Positions 25,836 through 39,300 of a stretch of DNA of 64,000 nt are shown here, one piece after another. Positions within the stretch are counted from its first letter, which is position 1. Each line of letters opens with the position of its first letter. The position numbers were made by a program, and so were the translations under genes. The notes below the pieces were generated by a model. That model did no database searches, was not told the DNA's origin, and saw nothing but the letters and a program-made list of their open reading frames with translations. The stretch is from contig JBHGNT010000011.1 of assembly GCA_043228905.1 (NCBI GenBank), positions 10,354,001 to 10,418,000 of the forward strand. The letters run 5' to 3'. Source of the stretch: Azolla caroliniana. Taxonomy: Eukaryota > Plantae > Polypodiophyta.

Positions 25836-26104
25836 CAAGGAAGGAGTAACAAAAATGGAACAATGCGATGTGAAGAAGAAAGAATGGAGCAACGCTACGC
25901 GAAGAATGCAATAGACAGGGAGCAACGAGCAACACGAAGAGGGGAAAACAGGGAAAGCAATGATTCGTAAACAATAAGAAAGGAGGAAGAACAACGAAAA
26001 AGAGGGGGAAAAGAAAAATTTACATACATACATAAAAAGTTTTTCTAATCTATTATGAGCCGGCTAAATTCCGTGAGCTCCTCCGTCCGTCCGTGAGGCC
26101 ATTG

Positions 26105-26480
26105 TATTGGCTCTTTAGAGTGGCTACAACTTCACTCCATATCCCTTGCAATACCATTGCTTGATTGGAAAAGACCCATCTACCTTGTTGTTTCAAGAGA
26201 ATCCAAAGAGTTATTGGGCTCACCAATTCCAACACAACTTAAGCTTTGACCTTAATAGAAGTTGAGTGGATATTGTCGATAGTGGAAAACAAGATCTCTT
26301 GTGCCTTTATCACCAACGTCATCCCTTCCTCTTGTGTAATTTCTAGGCACATATGTTTCTTCAATGGATCCTTGATTTACCAAAACTCTTGCATGTAAAC
26401 CTTGATTTTGGTGTCCTTTTAACCACTAGCTATATCTTCACCCATGCATCATAAAAACTCTCAAGCCCGATTTGATACAT
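26105..26480 (-). pseudogene. LINE ORF2 C-terminal remnant
   Basis: LWILLKQQGRWVF...IWSEVVATLKSQY resembles the C-terminus of the LINE at 10200-10340 (VWQVWVSRCK...IWFNLISTLQGKF). Confidence 0.45.
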
Positions 26481-26673
26481 AGTGAGAAAGGACAAACATG
26501 TAATTCTCATTATTTATTAGTAGGTATATAAGTTAACATGTAACAAGGTTTTTTTAGTGTGCCCATCAAATAGTTGTGTGTTTTCTCTATCTATGATGCT
26601 TCTTTCTCTGTTGTCGATTTTTCTTTGCATGCACAAACAACATCTTGGTCGCTTCTCCCTCACCTTCCAACAA

Positions 26674-26684
26674 TGGTATTAGAG
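26674..26684 (+). promoter_or_regulatory. Degenerate Met PBS after an LTR-like end (remnant)
   Basis: ...CCAACA A TGGTATTAGAG. Confidence 0.45.
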
Positions 26685-26719
26685 TGGTGGGCTTAGTGAA
26701 AGACTTTGATGGGAACCAG

Positions 26720-27854
26720 TGTCGTAAAGATTTTCGCCAACGGTGTGAAAATTGAATGGAATTTACAAAATTGGGTGTGGTTCTTCACACACAATATAAA
26801 ACAATAATAGTGGAGATACTATTTTATACTAGTTTAATATCTTGGTACAAAAAGGTGGAGGTCCTCAAGAGCTTCCGAATGTACTTTACTACATTTGAAA
26901 CGGACAACTAAATGTCAAGTTATGTGAATGTGAAGTTTGAGAAGAAGAAAAGAAAAACAAAATTGTGAGATAACCCACATAGATAGGACAACATCCGTAT
27001 TCAAGATTATATAAGTAGAGCCATATCTTTTTATATTTAATCTATGTGCTAGGAGCATAAAAAGGTTGGGTTGTATAACTTGGATGAATGGATACGGCCA
27101 AGTTATTCAAATAGTGTTTTGGACGGAGTCGGAGCCTGAACTAGACGGATGGCGACGGAATCGGAATTGGACGGAGCCGCGAGAAGACGGACAAGATCAG
27201 ATCGAGATCAGATCGAACCAGTTGGGACAGACGGATCGGTCGGTTGATCGCAGTGCATGGTGTTTTGAAGATTTTCGATGTAAATACAAGACCAAAAGCC
27301 TAGTAGTATTTTGTGTTTTAAAAGGGATGTGAGCAAGGCTTCAACCTTGCACCTCCAAGATAGGAGGCAATGAACTTACCACTAAGCCAAGTCATATCTT
27401 TAGAAATGTTCTTACTATCATTATACTTTCACATGTAAATTTCTCATACATGAGAGCTTGAATGAGTGACATGGTTATCATGTAACACATGTAATACATG
27501 AGCGCCAAATGGCAAACATGCATCTCATGCATGTCTTGCACCCTCACAAGCATCATATGCATGGGAGCATCTATAAAAGAGTGGATGGAGAGGAAAAACG
27601 GGCTATGTATTAATCAAGAAATTAAGAGTAAGAAAATTCGTTATCCCATTTTTGTGATGTATTAATCTTGTCTCTCAAATCTAAAGTCAATCGTTCTATT
27701 TTATCTCAATATCTCTCTTTCTTCAAATCAATCTCTCTTTCAATTTATCTTAAATACTTTCTCGCTAAAGCTAGTGAAAACTTCAAATCCTTCCGGTCCA
27801 GAACCTTGGTGGTTCCACCTCACAATCCGCACATAGTGACAGATCTTCACGACA
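26720..27854 (+). mobile_element. Probable solo LTR related to the Trp-primed gypsy family
   Basis: Termini TGTCGTAAAGAT...ATCTTCACGACA (11/12 inverted match) resemble the element E LTR end; CTATAAAAG near 27571; no clean TSD. Confidence 0.6.
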
Positions 27855-29632
27855 CAGGCCAAAATGTATGTTCATCAAAGTGGTAGGAATCGTTTGCTTT
27901 TCCCCCTCTCTGTGTATGTTGTTGCAAGAACTTGCCACGAGAGATAATCTCCACTACATTTTTGTTGTTGCAAGAACTTGTTTTTTTCTCTTTTTGAACT
28001 ACATTTTCAACACTCAAGAGGTATTTTCCCTCTCTCAACATACAAACAAAAAATAATATTTACTTGTTTCTGGTTTTCAAAAGAGAGGACTGTTTGCCCA
28101 TTTATGTGCAATAGACTATAACATAGAAATTGCATCTTAAATGCGTGCTCACTTGATGTGATATTGTGAAATGGAAGTTGCATTGTCGCGAAGTTTCGCG
28201 TTCGCGTGTAGGAAGAGGCGGGACCATGGGGGTCTTGGACCAAGGAGAGAGTGAGAGAGAGAGAGTTGTAGATACACAGAAAGAAAATAAGAGCCAGAAA
28301 CAGGAATCCGATTACTATAATCAGTAGCTTACAACTCGAACAATTACAACCGGCAAACCGGTAATGGACCTGACACGAGGTCCTACTCACGCACACAGAC
28401 GACAGCCACTCGACTCGAAGAAACAAAAAGGGGGGGGGGGGGAGAGAGAGAGCCTCTGTTGGAAGCACATGGGCTGTCCACGAAGCAGAGGCAACGAACT
28501 CCTGACACCCACAGAGAACGACGGTTGGAGGAGAGAGAGCTCGACCCTCGGTTCTGCAGCAACACTTCATCCTCGTCAACGCGCAATCCCCTTTCTTCCT
28601 TCTCTCCCTCCTTAAGTAGTTCGCCAAGGGGAGACCGTCCTTCCCTAGTCAAATCTCTTTATTCCCTGTCCCTTTCGACAGAGATACGCACAAAATCCCC
28701 TAATAAATGTGTACTACCTAGTATTTACATCAGCCGACCTAATTATGAATTATGCACAAAATATCAATTCTCGCGTCCACCCACGTAAGAGCCGGTTCAT
28801 GCACCTTTTTGTCTGATTCCGCCGAATGGCCGGTTTTCTTCACGACATCCACCCCCACCAAACCGTGCATCCACTGGCATGCGCCAGAGATGGGTAGATA
28901 CTGAGGAAAACCGGCTTCACTTGTCGCTCTCTGATTCTTTGCCGGGCCCGAACCGATCATCGTCGTCGCTCTCGCTCGTTGGCTCCGGCTCGTCTTCGAA
29001 CCGCTTCTGGAACGCTTTGATCCGCTTCCCGACCACTGGTACCGCTAACTGTGTCCCATCGAGTACCGCGAGGTGGTACGTGTTGTTGTCGTTCGCGCTC
29101 GTCACCGTGTAGGGCCCGAACCATCTCCTCGCAAACTTTCGCACCGCCTTGTGCTGATTGTCGAGGCTGTTGTCGTATACTAAGACCCAGTCGCCTTCCT
29201 CGACCTTCTTTGGTCGCAATCGGTGCGTCCGGTTGAACCGGGTCTTGTTCCGCTCCCTTGCCGCTCGCAACTTTTCCTTCGCCCGTTTCATGTCCTCCAG
29301 CCTCCGCTCGAGTTGCCGAATCCGCGCCGCCAACAACTCCTCCCGGCTCATCTCGTCCTTCCAATCTACCGCCGCCCACAAAGAAACCGTCCGTTCCACC
29401 GTCATGATCGGCTTCTGTCCATACATCAGCTCTACCGGCATAAACCCTGTCACCGAACTGTGCATAGTTTGGTCCGCCCATAGTGCGTAAGGAAGGAGCC
29501 ACGGCCAATTCCCGATCTGCCCTTCGCATGCACACACCAACGCCTTTACGATCGGCCCGTGCCCACGTTCTACCTTCTCGTTCGCCTCCGGATTGTACGC
29601 CGTAGTGAGGGAGAGTTAGACCCCTAGGTGGT

Positions 29633-29656
29633 TTTAGGGTTTAGGGTTTAGGGTTT
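29633..29656 (+). repeat. Interstitial plant telomeric repeat (TTTAGGG)3TTT
   Basis: Read directly; lies inside the element B integrase. Confidence 0.9.
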
Positions 29657-30451
29657 CAGCTTCCTGCGCATCCAGCTCTCCCCAGTCCGCCACGATCCTC
29701 CCGATGCACCCGTACCGACACACTACCTCTTCGATCAGGAACCGGCATACCGCCACGGTTGTCTTGTTCTGCACTGCATGGCCTTCCACCTGGTTCGTTA
29801 AGTCTTCTCGCGCAAGCACCAAGTATCGCATCTGCCCTACTCCCATCAGCATCGTCACCAAGTCCACCATCCACTTGAAATGGACCTTAGGCGGGTAGGT
29901 CGGGTGTAGCTCGTCCCGATGTCGGACTACGGAGTGCATCTGACATCTTTCGCAAGTCGTTACGAACCGATGCACGTCCTGGTACAGCCCCGGCCACCAG
30001 TATTAGAGATTAAGTACTAAAGTAAGCATAAAATAAGGATATATCAATGATAGATCTAGAAAGAATAGAGAGAAAAGAGAGAAAGAAGGGTGCCGATCCA
30101 CCCGACCACCCCCGAGCGAAGGGATCGAGACGGACTCGAGCCTCGATCGGCGTCCCATACCACCGCCTTGGCGTCGAGTCGTACCTGGACGATAGCGCGC
30201 TTGCTACAAGAGTCGTTCCACTCACGGACAGAGTCTCGACGTAGTCAATGCATGCCCAAATGAGGGTAGCTAGGCCTCTTATTTATAGTAATTCTCAAGG
30301 CCCCCAGCCATGTTCACACTTGGCCTCATGGGTTGTCTCAATCCCGAGGATTAAAAGTAATCCTCCCCTTCTTTAGACTCTTTGTTTAACCCTCACACTT
30401 ATCCACGTGTATAGAATACTACGACAATTCTCACCACGGGATATTATATGG

Positions 30452-33400
30452 TCATGCCCGTAACATACTCCCCCTCTTTAAAACATTGCACTCTTGCAAT
30501 GGAAAGTTAGGGAAGTTAGTTCTTAGAGTCGTTTCGCGTTCCCATGTGGCATCCTTGATTGATTTATCCATCCATTTTATTTTAAATTCTCGGATTTCCC
30601 TAGCACGTAATTTTTTTGTTTTAACATCGAGAATTCTTTCTGGTACATGTGGTTTAGAAGATAAATCTTCAGAAGTAACCAGAGTTTCAGTTGTAACTGT
30701 ATTGTCGCCAGAACCTAGAAGTTCTTTTAGACGACTTACATGAAAGACTGGATGGATTCCAACACCATCGGGAAGAGCGAGACAATAGGCTGATGACCCA
30801 ATGCGTTTGAGGACTGTAAAAGGTCCACAAAACCGTGGGGCTAACTTAGCGCACTTACCCGTAGACAATGTCTTAGAATTGTGAGGTACACGTAAAAATA
30901 CCTTCTGTCCAGGGCTGAATACACGAGGTTGCCTGTGATGATCGGCATAAAAACGCGCTCTATCTTGAGCTGTTTTTATATTATCCCGTGCAATATGCAA
31001 CATATCTTGCATATCCCGAAGAAAGTTTTGCGTACTTCGCAACTCATCATGATGTATATTAACATCAATCGGGGCTCGTGGCTGAAATCCATACATCAAC
31101 ATAAAAGGACTATATCCCGTCGACGTATGCTTGGAGCTGTTATAAGCAAACTCCAAAATTGGGAGGTAACGTTCCCATTTTGTTGGTTTTGCACCAACGT
31201 ATGCTCGAAGCATGTCCTCAATAATTTGATTTACTCGTTCTGTCTGTCCATCGGATTGAGGATGATCCGTGGAGCTCATGCTCAACGTAGTTTCTAACTT
31301 CTTAAAGACTTGCGTCCAGAAGTCACTAGTAAACTTCGGATCTCGGTCACTCACGATATCCATCGGTAACCCGTAAAAACGAAATAACTCATCAACGAAT
31401 TGGTAAGCCAATTCAGGAGCTGTTACCGTGGTTTTAGTAGCAATAAATTTGGCCATTTTAGTTAGTCTGTCAACCACAACCCATATGGCATCATGACCTT
31501 TTTGGGTGCGAGGAAGGCTAACAATAAAATCCATGGATATACTTTCCCACTTATTATTGGGAATGTCCAAGGGATGTAAAAGTCCTGCGGCTTTAAGTCG
31601 CTCGGCTTTGTTAACCTGACATTGGTGACATTTAGTCACATAGCTATGTATGTCAGGACGCATCTTAGGCCAATAAAATTGAGTGGAGATGAGAACGAGT
31701 GTACGATGTATTCCAGGGTGCCCTGCTGAGGGTGCATCATGGCATTCAAAAAGAATTCTCTTTTTGACCTCAGGTAAATCTGGAACACAAACCTTCCCAT
31801 TACGGTAGAGCAGACCGTTAGCAATGTGGAAGTATTCCTTCGAGGGTGTGGTGGTGTCTGTTCCAGACTCGACTCTTGCCCAGTATTTTGCAAAATAATT
31901 GTCATCAGGATACTTTCCTCGAAGGTGATCATAAAGATCTGATGTTATTTCAGTGAAGCTAAGCATGTTAACTTCACGGATGCGACTTAGTGCATCAGCG
32001 ACAGTATTCATGGAACCTATACGATATATCGTATGGAAAAATCAAAGTCCTGGATGAGATCAGCCCATCGTGCCTTACGACCTTTCAGGTCTTGTTGGTC
32101 ACAAAAATATTTCAAGGACTCGTGGTCCGTAGTTACCACAAAGCGATTTCCATAAAGATAATGGCGCCATGTTTTGAGCGCATGTATAACCGCAAATAAT
32201 TCCTTTTCTTGAACGGTATACCGACATTGAGCAGAATCAAGTTTCTTACTCTCGAATGCTATTGGTTTACCATCTTGATACAAGACAGCACCTATAGCAT
32301 AATCGCTTGCGTCGGTTTCAACCTCAAAAGGTTTTGAAGGATCAGGTAAAAGAAGTGAAGGAGCCTTGCATACCAAGTCCTTGAGTTCCTTAAAGGCGAG
32401 GTCTAGTGTAGCATTCCACACAATAGGTTTTGTAGACTTACGCGTTTGACCTTTTAGAAGATCAGTGAACGGCGTCGTCAATTGTGAGTAATTACGAAGA
32501 GATTTTCGCAAAAATCCGACAAAACCAAGGAATGATCGAACTTCTCGAATATTCCGAAGAGTGGGCCAAAGCTTGATTTTCTCGATGCGAGAAGGATCAA
32601 TTTCAACTCCTCGTTCGGTTATGAGATGTCCAAGATAAGTAATTGATTTCTTGAAGAACTCACATTTTGAGATCTTCGCGTAAAATTGTTTGTCACGCAA
32701 TATTTGTAAAACAAAGCGGACATGTCTAGCATGTTCTTGTAATGTACGGCTATAAACTAAAATATCATCCAAGAAGATAACGACAAATTTTCCAAGTTGT
32801 TCTCGGAAAATGTCATTCATTTCCTGTTGAAATGTAGCCGGAGCATTGGTCAAACCAAAAGGCATAACCAAAAACTCATAATAGCCGTAGCGCGTACGAA
32901 ATGCTGTTTTAGGAACATCGTCCTCACTTATTCGTATTTGATGGTAGCCAGTACGGAGATCAAGTTTCGTAAAATACCGAGCTCCCTGGAGACGGTCAAT
33001 TAGATCGTCAGCCCGGGGCAATGGGTACGAATTCTTGATCGTCACTTTATTCAAGCGTCGGTAATTAATACACATACGCCATGTGCCCTCTTTCTTTTTA
33101 ACCAAGAGAACTGGTGCACCCCATGGAGATTTACTATAACGTATATAACCCATTCGTAAATAGTCCTTAAGTTGCTTAGCTACCTCATCCTCTTCAGATC
33201 GACTTAGGCGATACGGAGGTATACTAATGGGTGCAATGCCAGGTACAATATCTATACGATGGTCTATATTACGTTTAGGAGGTAAACCATCGGGTAGTTC
33301 ACTCGGAAAAACATCACGAAAATCGTTTACGATTTCATCAAGTTGTTTTTGTTCAAAATATGTTAATTGACCCGAGACATTATCGATATTGTAAACGTGA

Positions 33401-34977
33401 ATGTCCGGATCAAGTACACAATAAAATAACGTAGAACAAGACAACTCGGATATTGATGGACACGAGGAAACAATCGAGAGGGATTGTTTTGTTACACATT
33501 GAATAAAATGCGTACAATCGTTGAGTACAAAAGAAATGGAATGGCGAACCCAATCAATAAATAAAGAAGAGCTTTTATTATAAAACCAGGGATAACCCAG
33601 TATTACATCGGTGGTACTAAGATTCATTACATGGAAGTCTACTTCCTCTATATAGGTATCAATAGAAATTCCTAAAGAATGAATCGCCCCGTTGATGTGT
33701 TGTACTCTTCCATCAGCCAAGTGCACCGTGTAGGTGTGATCACTTACGGTGGGTTGGATTCCCCATATCTGTACCAAACGATCATTCACAAAATTGTGTG
33801 AGCTTCCCGAATCAAATAAAAATTGTACGGGAGATCCATTGATATACCCGTTTGCACGTAGTAAATCATTGGGACCCAATACATAATGAGGGAAAGAACA
33901 TTGACAATTACTCAAATGATGTGTATAGACCTGAAGGACATTAGGAATTTGACCTTTATGGTCTGTAGCTTTAGGTTTGGCGTCGTGCTCTTTTCGTTGG
34001 AGCTTACGACATTGCTCTTTTGTATGACCCTTCTTTTTGCAGAATATGCAGAAAGGATGTTGTCGCTTATAATCGCGATCCATGAATTCGTTGGGTGTCT
34101 TGCGTTTCCCAACGAATTGCGACTGCTTAGTCCCGGGTGCTTCGTTGGGTTTGTTATGGTCCTTCTTCGAAGTGCGTTGATAGCGAAGAACTATCTCAAC
34201 GGCCTCTTCGAAGGATTTTGGATCCTTATCGTGCACTATCCAGTGATAGTCCGAATTGGGGATGCCATTGACAAAACAAGCTATTAACCAATTGTCCCCT
34301 TCTAGACCCGATTTTTGGATTTGGGTTCTAGCATGGTGGACATAGTCTTCTAGCGAGGAAAACTTCCTGCTAGAGAGGTTCATTAAAGCTTGTGCTGCCT
34401 CGGTTCGAGAGGGAGGTTGTAGAAATTGACCCTTGAAAACTGTGACAAAGTCTGTCCAGGTCTCGGGCAATCTCCCCAAAGTTCGGAGCCCACGCCACCA
34501 AGCGGCGGCCTTACCCCCTAGTTCTCGGCCGACATATGCAATCTTCGTACTATCTGGCGTGGGATAGAGCTCAAAATGAGACTCCCATCGGCCCAGCCAC
34601 GTGCAGATTGCTTCTTCGGTTCTTTCCTTTTTATCTCCCGTAAATGGCTTTACGACAAATGATGGTTCACCCTGACGCTCATCAGGTCTATTAATCTCAT
34701 TTTGGAGACTAATGACTCGTGCCTCGAGAGCACTTTGAGATTGCCGAAATTCGGTCAACTGCTGCGCGGTTGAACTAAGGAAATGTTGTACTTGTAAAAT
34801 ATACGCCTCAATGGACATTGTCCCAGGAGGATTTCCTTGAGTTCTTTCCGCTTGAGCGGAGGGCATCGGGTCGTTATTCTGAGCCATTGAATGATTATTT
34901 CTGGGAAAGAAATAAGATAAGGTCAGACAAATAGTCATAACATCTTGTCGTGGTGTAAACATATCATGGGCAAACAT
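30452..34977 (-). CDS. gag-pol: Chromovirus gag-PR-RT-RH-IN-chromodomain polyprotein with a single frameshift near 32025
   Basis: [64 protein letters not shown], chromodomain PERILD...KIKW...DATWE; an extra AT turns IRYRIGSM into IRYIV*. Confidence 0.93.
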
Positions 34978-36145
34978 TAATCAATATCATGATCTCACGT
35001 CAATACCCCTCTAGACGTATGAGATGAGGTTCAAGATCAGGTTACTATGGTAACACAGAGGTGTTTTAAAAACCATGGGGGTGACAAATGAATGCCTTTC
35101 CCTGATCTCTATATCGATTTTTTTCATGGCGGCTCCCCGAGGCTCAACCATGTATGTTCGCGTCATGAATAGTTTATACACGAAAAAAATGTTAACAATA
35201 ACTATGTTTCTGTGCCCACATATGTGGTTTCGGCTCTTTAAGTCCTATTACGAGGACCCCGAAGTGCACTTAGACCTAAAGTCTAAACATGTATTATAGG
35301 CATATGTATCAACGATGTTGTATGGTGTTGGTCATATTTGAACTCGAGACCTCGAGGACAAATACATTAAACACTTGAGCCAACCAAGTAGATTGCGCGT
35401 CTTGAATGTTTAATGTTTGAGGCGTATTCGAGATATGCGAGGCATTTGCCCCTATATGTTTTTTTTAAAAGAAACATATAGGTCAAGTGGCCTTATTTCT
35501 CCCTCATTTATTACCCACTATGGTTGTACGCTACCTACCCTCAAGCCTCGTAAGTACAATGGCATATGCCAAAGTGTAACCTAATGGTCAAACCGAATGA
35601 GCCCTTGTGTCTTCGTAGGCTCATGTGGCCCATCACATGGTCACGTCATTACGAATGGCGCTCGTAAGAACGAGCTCATGGTGGCATCGTATCCATGTAA
35701 CGAGGGGAGATGTTGGATACGTGTGTCATTAGAGCGACCCTACTTGATGTGGATCAAGCCCGACGTATTCAACATCATTTTGGCTATACGAGGTTCGTTA
35801 CGTAACGAAAGATCAAAGTGACCAACGGGAATTTCAACAATAAAAATTGTTGATAAAAGGGATGGTGACAACGCCATTCTCACAAAAATGTGAGGACGGC
35901 CACCAAAATCCTCTCCCCAATTAGGAAAACATTTGATATGAATCACGTAATCTAAAATATACACATATGTCAATATATCACATATATACGATCAGAGACG
36001 TATATAAGTGACCACATATGCGTATACTAAATGAATCGTTTTTTTTTTATATAGCCAACAATGATGTATTCGGGATACGTAATCGAGGCATATACCTCTA
36101 CGCACACGAAACATCCGAAAATAAGGTTAAGCGTAATTCGCAATT

Positions 36146-36326
36146 GAGGTATTGACCTCTTACGCATAGTAAATCCAACGCATATCATTTCGAACGAAGC
36201 GAGGTATTGACCTCGTACGCGAACGTAACATATGTTCGTGAACGTAATACGCAATTGAGGTAGTAACCTCGTACGCATACGACACTCATCACATATGATT
36301 TATATGTCAAACGAGGTATTGACCTC
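36146..36326. repeat. Four spaced hairpin motifs GAGGTATTGACCTC in the chromovirus 5' leader
   Basis: Copies at 36146, 36201, 36257 (variant) and 36313; spacing 55/56/56. Confidence 0.85.
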
Positions 36327-39300
36327 GTGGACATATGTAAACGTTTAAGATAACCAATTAAATACCACGTCAACATCATTGAATATATGAAAAAAAAACT
36401 ACATATTAAGTATACACATGTATAGAAGGGAGAAGAAAAATTAGATAAAAAATTAAGGAAAATTTACCGAAGTTCTTTCGCTAATCCTTGTCTGCATGAA
36501 GGCGACCGCACAACGATCAATCGCCATCCCACGCGAAGACAAAAAGAAAACCAAAAGAAACGTTAGTACATAGGCTCTGATACCAAATATTAGAGATTAG
36601 GTACTAAAGTAAGCATAAAATAAGGATATATCAATGATAGATCTAGAAAGAATAGAGAGAAAAGAGAGAAAGAAGGGTGCCGATCCACCCGACCACCCCC
36701 GAGCGAAGGGATCGAGACGGACTCGAGCCTCGATCGGCGTCCCATATCACCGCCTTGGCGTCGAGTCGTACCTGGACGATAGCGCGCTTGCTACAAGAGT
36801 CGTTCCACTCACGGACAGAGTCTCGACGTAGTCAATGCATGCCCAAATGAGGGTAGCTAGGCCTCTTATTTATAGTTCTCAAGGCCCCCAGCCATGTTCA
36901 CACTTGGCCTCATGGGTTGTCTCAATCCCGAGGATTAAAAGTAATCCTCCCCTTCTTTAGACTCTTTGTTTAACCCTCACACTTATCCACGTGTATAGAA
37001 TACTACGACAATTCTCACCACGGGATATTATATGGTCATGCCCGTAACAACCAGTACTTCTCCTTCAGCTTCTCAAATGTGGCCCACGTTCCGCGGTGCC
37101 CGGCCCAGGAACTCTCGTGAAATGCCGCCAGTAATTCCTCATGTTCTTCTTTCTTTGCCACTACTCGGAGCGGGATGCCGTTTCTTTTCTTTGGGTGCCT
37201 CCATATGCACCCGTCCTGTAGGAAGAATCAGTACGCCTTCTTTCGTACCCGGCTCGCCTCTTCTCTTGTCCACACTGCGTTCAACGTCATCACTCGTAGG
37301 AACCTCCCGATTTGGAGCCACTCCCCATCGTACCTGCTTTTGTCGAATTCGTTAAGTGCCGGAGTGTCCCCTTTCCTCGTTGTCACATTAGCCGACCGGA
37401 AGAAGTCCTCGCCGACTTCTTCGTCATCTGAAACCATGTCGTCTTCCTCGTTGAACCTCGCTCTCAAAAGCATGTCGGTCATGGCATTATCCACCGGAGC
37501 ATTGGTAGGTCCGGCGTCGCGCATCCAGAAACCATGCCGAGTATCGGCAGGCAGTCCGTCTCGATTATTACCTCCATCCCAATCAGGTAATCCCTGTCGG
37601 CCTTGACGGCCGAAACGATACCCCATAGTTCGCGCTTGACTTGGGCGTATCCTCGCTGCCGCTCGCTCAATACCTTCACCCCGAACCGGATCGGGAACCG
37701 TGCGCCGTCCTTGTCCTCTTGGTTGATCACCCACCCGATCCCGGTCGGGCTCGTGTCCACCGTCACGTATATGGGGACTCCGTTGCCGTAAACCGCTTTA
37801 CGGAGAGCTGGCGCTACCGTAAGCGCCTCCTTTAGTCTCCGAACCAACTCCGTGTGCTCCATCCTCCACTCAAAGCTACGCCCCCTTTCAATAGTCCATA
37901 GAGGGGTTCCGCGACATGTGCGTAGTGCGGGATCCAGATGTGGTAGAATGCGCATGCACCCAAAAATCTGCAGACCTCCGTAACCAACCCGCAATCGTTC
38001 CTCATTGCGGAGATGGCCTCTACCTCTGCCGGAGACAGTTTCCTACCGTAAGGCCCGCACAGGTGTCTGACCACCAGGATCTCCAATTGCCCGAACGCCG
38101 ATTTTTCTCCGGAGAAGGCCTCTACAACACCTTCTCGTAGTCGTTAATGTGGTTCATGACGAACCTCCGGCATCCGTTTGGGCTGACAGTCTCGTCCGCA
38201 TCTTCCACCGAACTCCCCTTTATCGGGATGTCGTCCAAGAATGGCATGGTGATGTCTGAGATGCAGTCCCTCAGCACCTTTTTCATTGTGTTCACCATAT
38301 GCGCCACCGAATTCGTCCCGCCTTGTGGTAGGGTACACATCTGTACTAGGCCGAGAGGAGTTCGCATCGTCGTGATATCCCTGCTCTCCACAGCTAGCTG
38401 GAACTGGTCGTACCTCGAGTATAAGTCACCGACCGAATAGATCGACCTTCCAGCGAAGGCCTTCGCGAACTCGTCTATGGTCGGTCCGATTCCTGCATTA
38501 CGGATGGTCACCTTGTTGACCGGTTGTAGGTCCTGAATGAAGCGCAACGTGCCGTTCTTCTTCGGCACCGTAAACCACTTACTCGAATATGGGGCACTCG
38601 ACGGTTCGAGGATGCCCATCTCCACCTTTTGCTTCAGAAGCTCCATCAACTTCGGGATGTGAGCTCTCGGCACGGGAATCGGTTTGAGATTCCACGGTAC
38701 ATGCGGTACCGTGAAGATCACCATCGGTTCGATGATCGTTGGGTCCACGCACTCGATCTCCTCCAGCGATCACGTGAAGGCTTTCCCATGCCTTCCAAGC
38801 ATTCTCCGAAACCTGTCCTCCTCCGTTGGCAATAGAAAGCCACCTTGAGCTCCCGTAGTGTTATGTCGGTGAACCGGTGCCCTATGCCAGCCGGATTCCA
38901 TTAACTTGGGTCCGACACGACCCCTTTTATCCGCTCCTCGCTGCCCTCCGGCAAGGGTGCTGTGACTGGCCTCACCTTCCGGTCAACAGTCTTGTACTTT
39001 GTATCCACGCGGGCCGTCTGATCCGACCCGATCCTTTCCCCAAAGTCCGCGATGACTTCATACATTCCCATCGAACTAACTGGAACGGTCTGGTCTTCTC
39101 TAAGGTCTTCACCGATCACCTTTCGCAATTTGCCCAAGGTGTCTTCAAGAGAGACCGCCTCCACGGCGCCGCTGATTTCTTCGTCGGGAGAGAGGACTCC
39201 GCATCCCCTGAGCCGCTCCTCCGCTCGCTTCCTCTCCCGGCCGCTGACGCCGGCAATAGTACAACCTCCGTTTTCGGAGAGCCAAAACTTCCTACCTACT

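Larger units (their letters stand above)
17137..26104 (-). mobile_element. Outer hAT DNA transposon (ZNF862/KIAA1586-like); termini tentative
   Basis: Split transposase; CAGTG at 17137 and CATTG at 26100-26104; inverted subterminal AATTTAGCCGGC (near 17209) / GCCGGCTAAATT (26059-26070); no matching TSD found. Confidence 0.55.
30001..37049 (-). mobile_element. Young chromoviral Ty3/gypsy element nested in B
   Basis: LTRs 30001-30465 and 36588-37049 (2 substitutions plus a 3-bp indel seen by eye); 5-bp TSD ACCAG; Met PBS at 36574-36585; PPT near 30466-30479. Confidence 0.97.

Noticed and set aside
25383-26033. Several overlapping minus-strand ORFs
   Set aside because: They are translations of the 28-bp minisatellite and a purine-skewed tract.
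26228-26245. Alternative right terminus of the outer hAT (TCCAACACAA followed by CTTAAGCT)
   Set aside because: The match to the left end and to the left flank CTTATAAC is poor, and the site lies inside LINE-like sequence.
30047-30244. Identical 65-aa ORF repeated at 36634-36831
   Set aside because: It reflects LTR duplication; there is no evidence of coding function.
36146-36326. CRISPR-like repeat-spacer array
   Set aside because: The repeat is only 14 bp, the spacers are mutually related, there are no cas genes, and it lies inside a plant retrotransposon leader.
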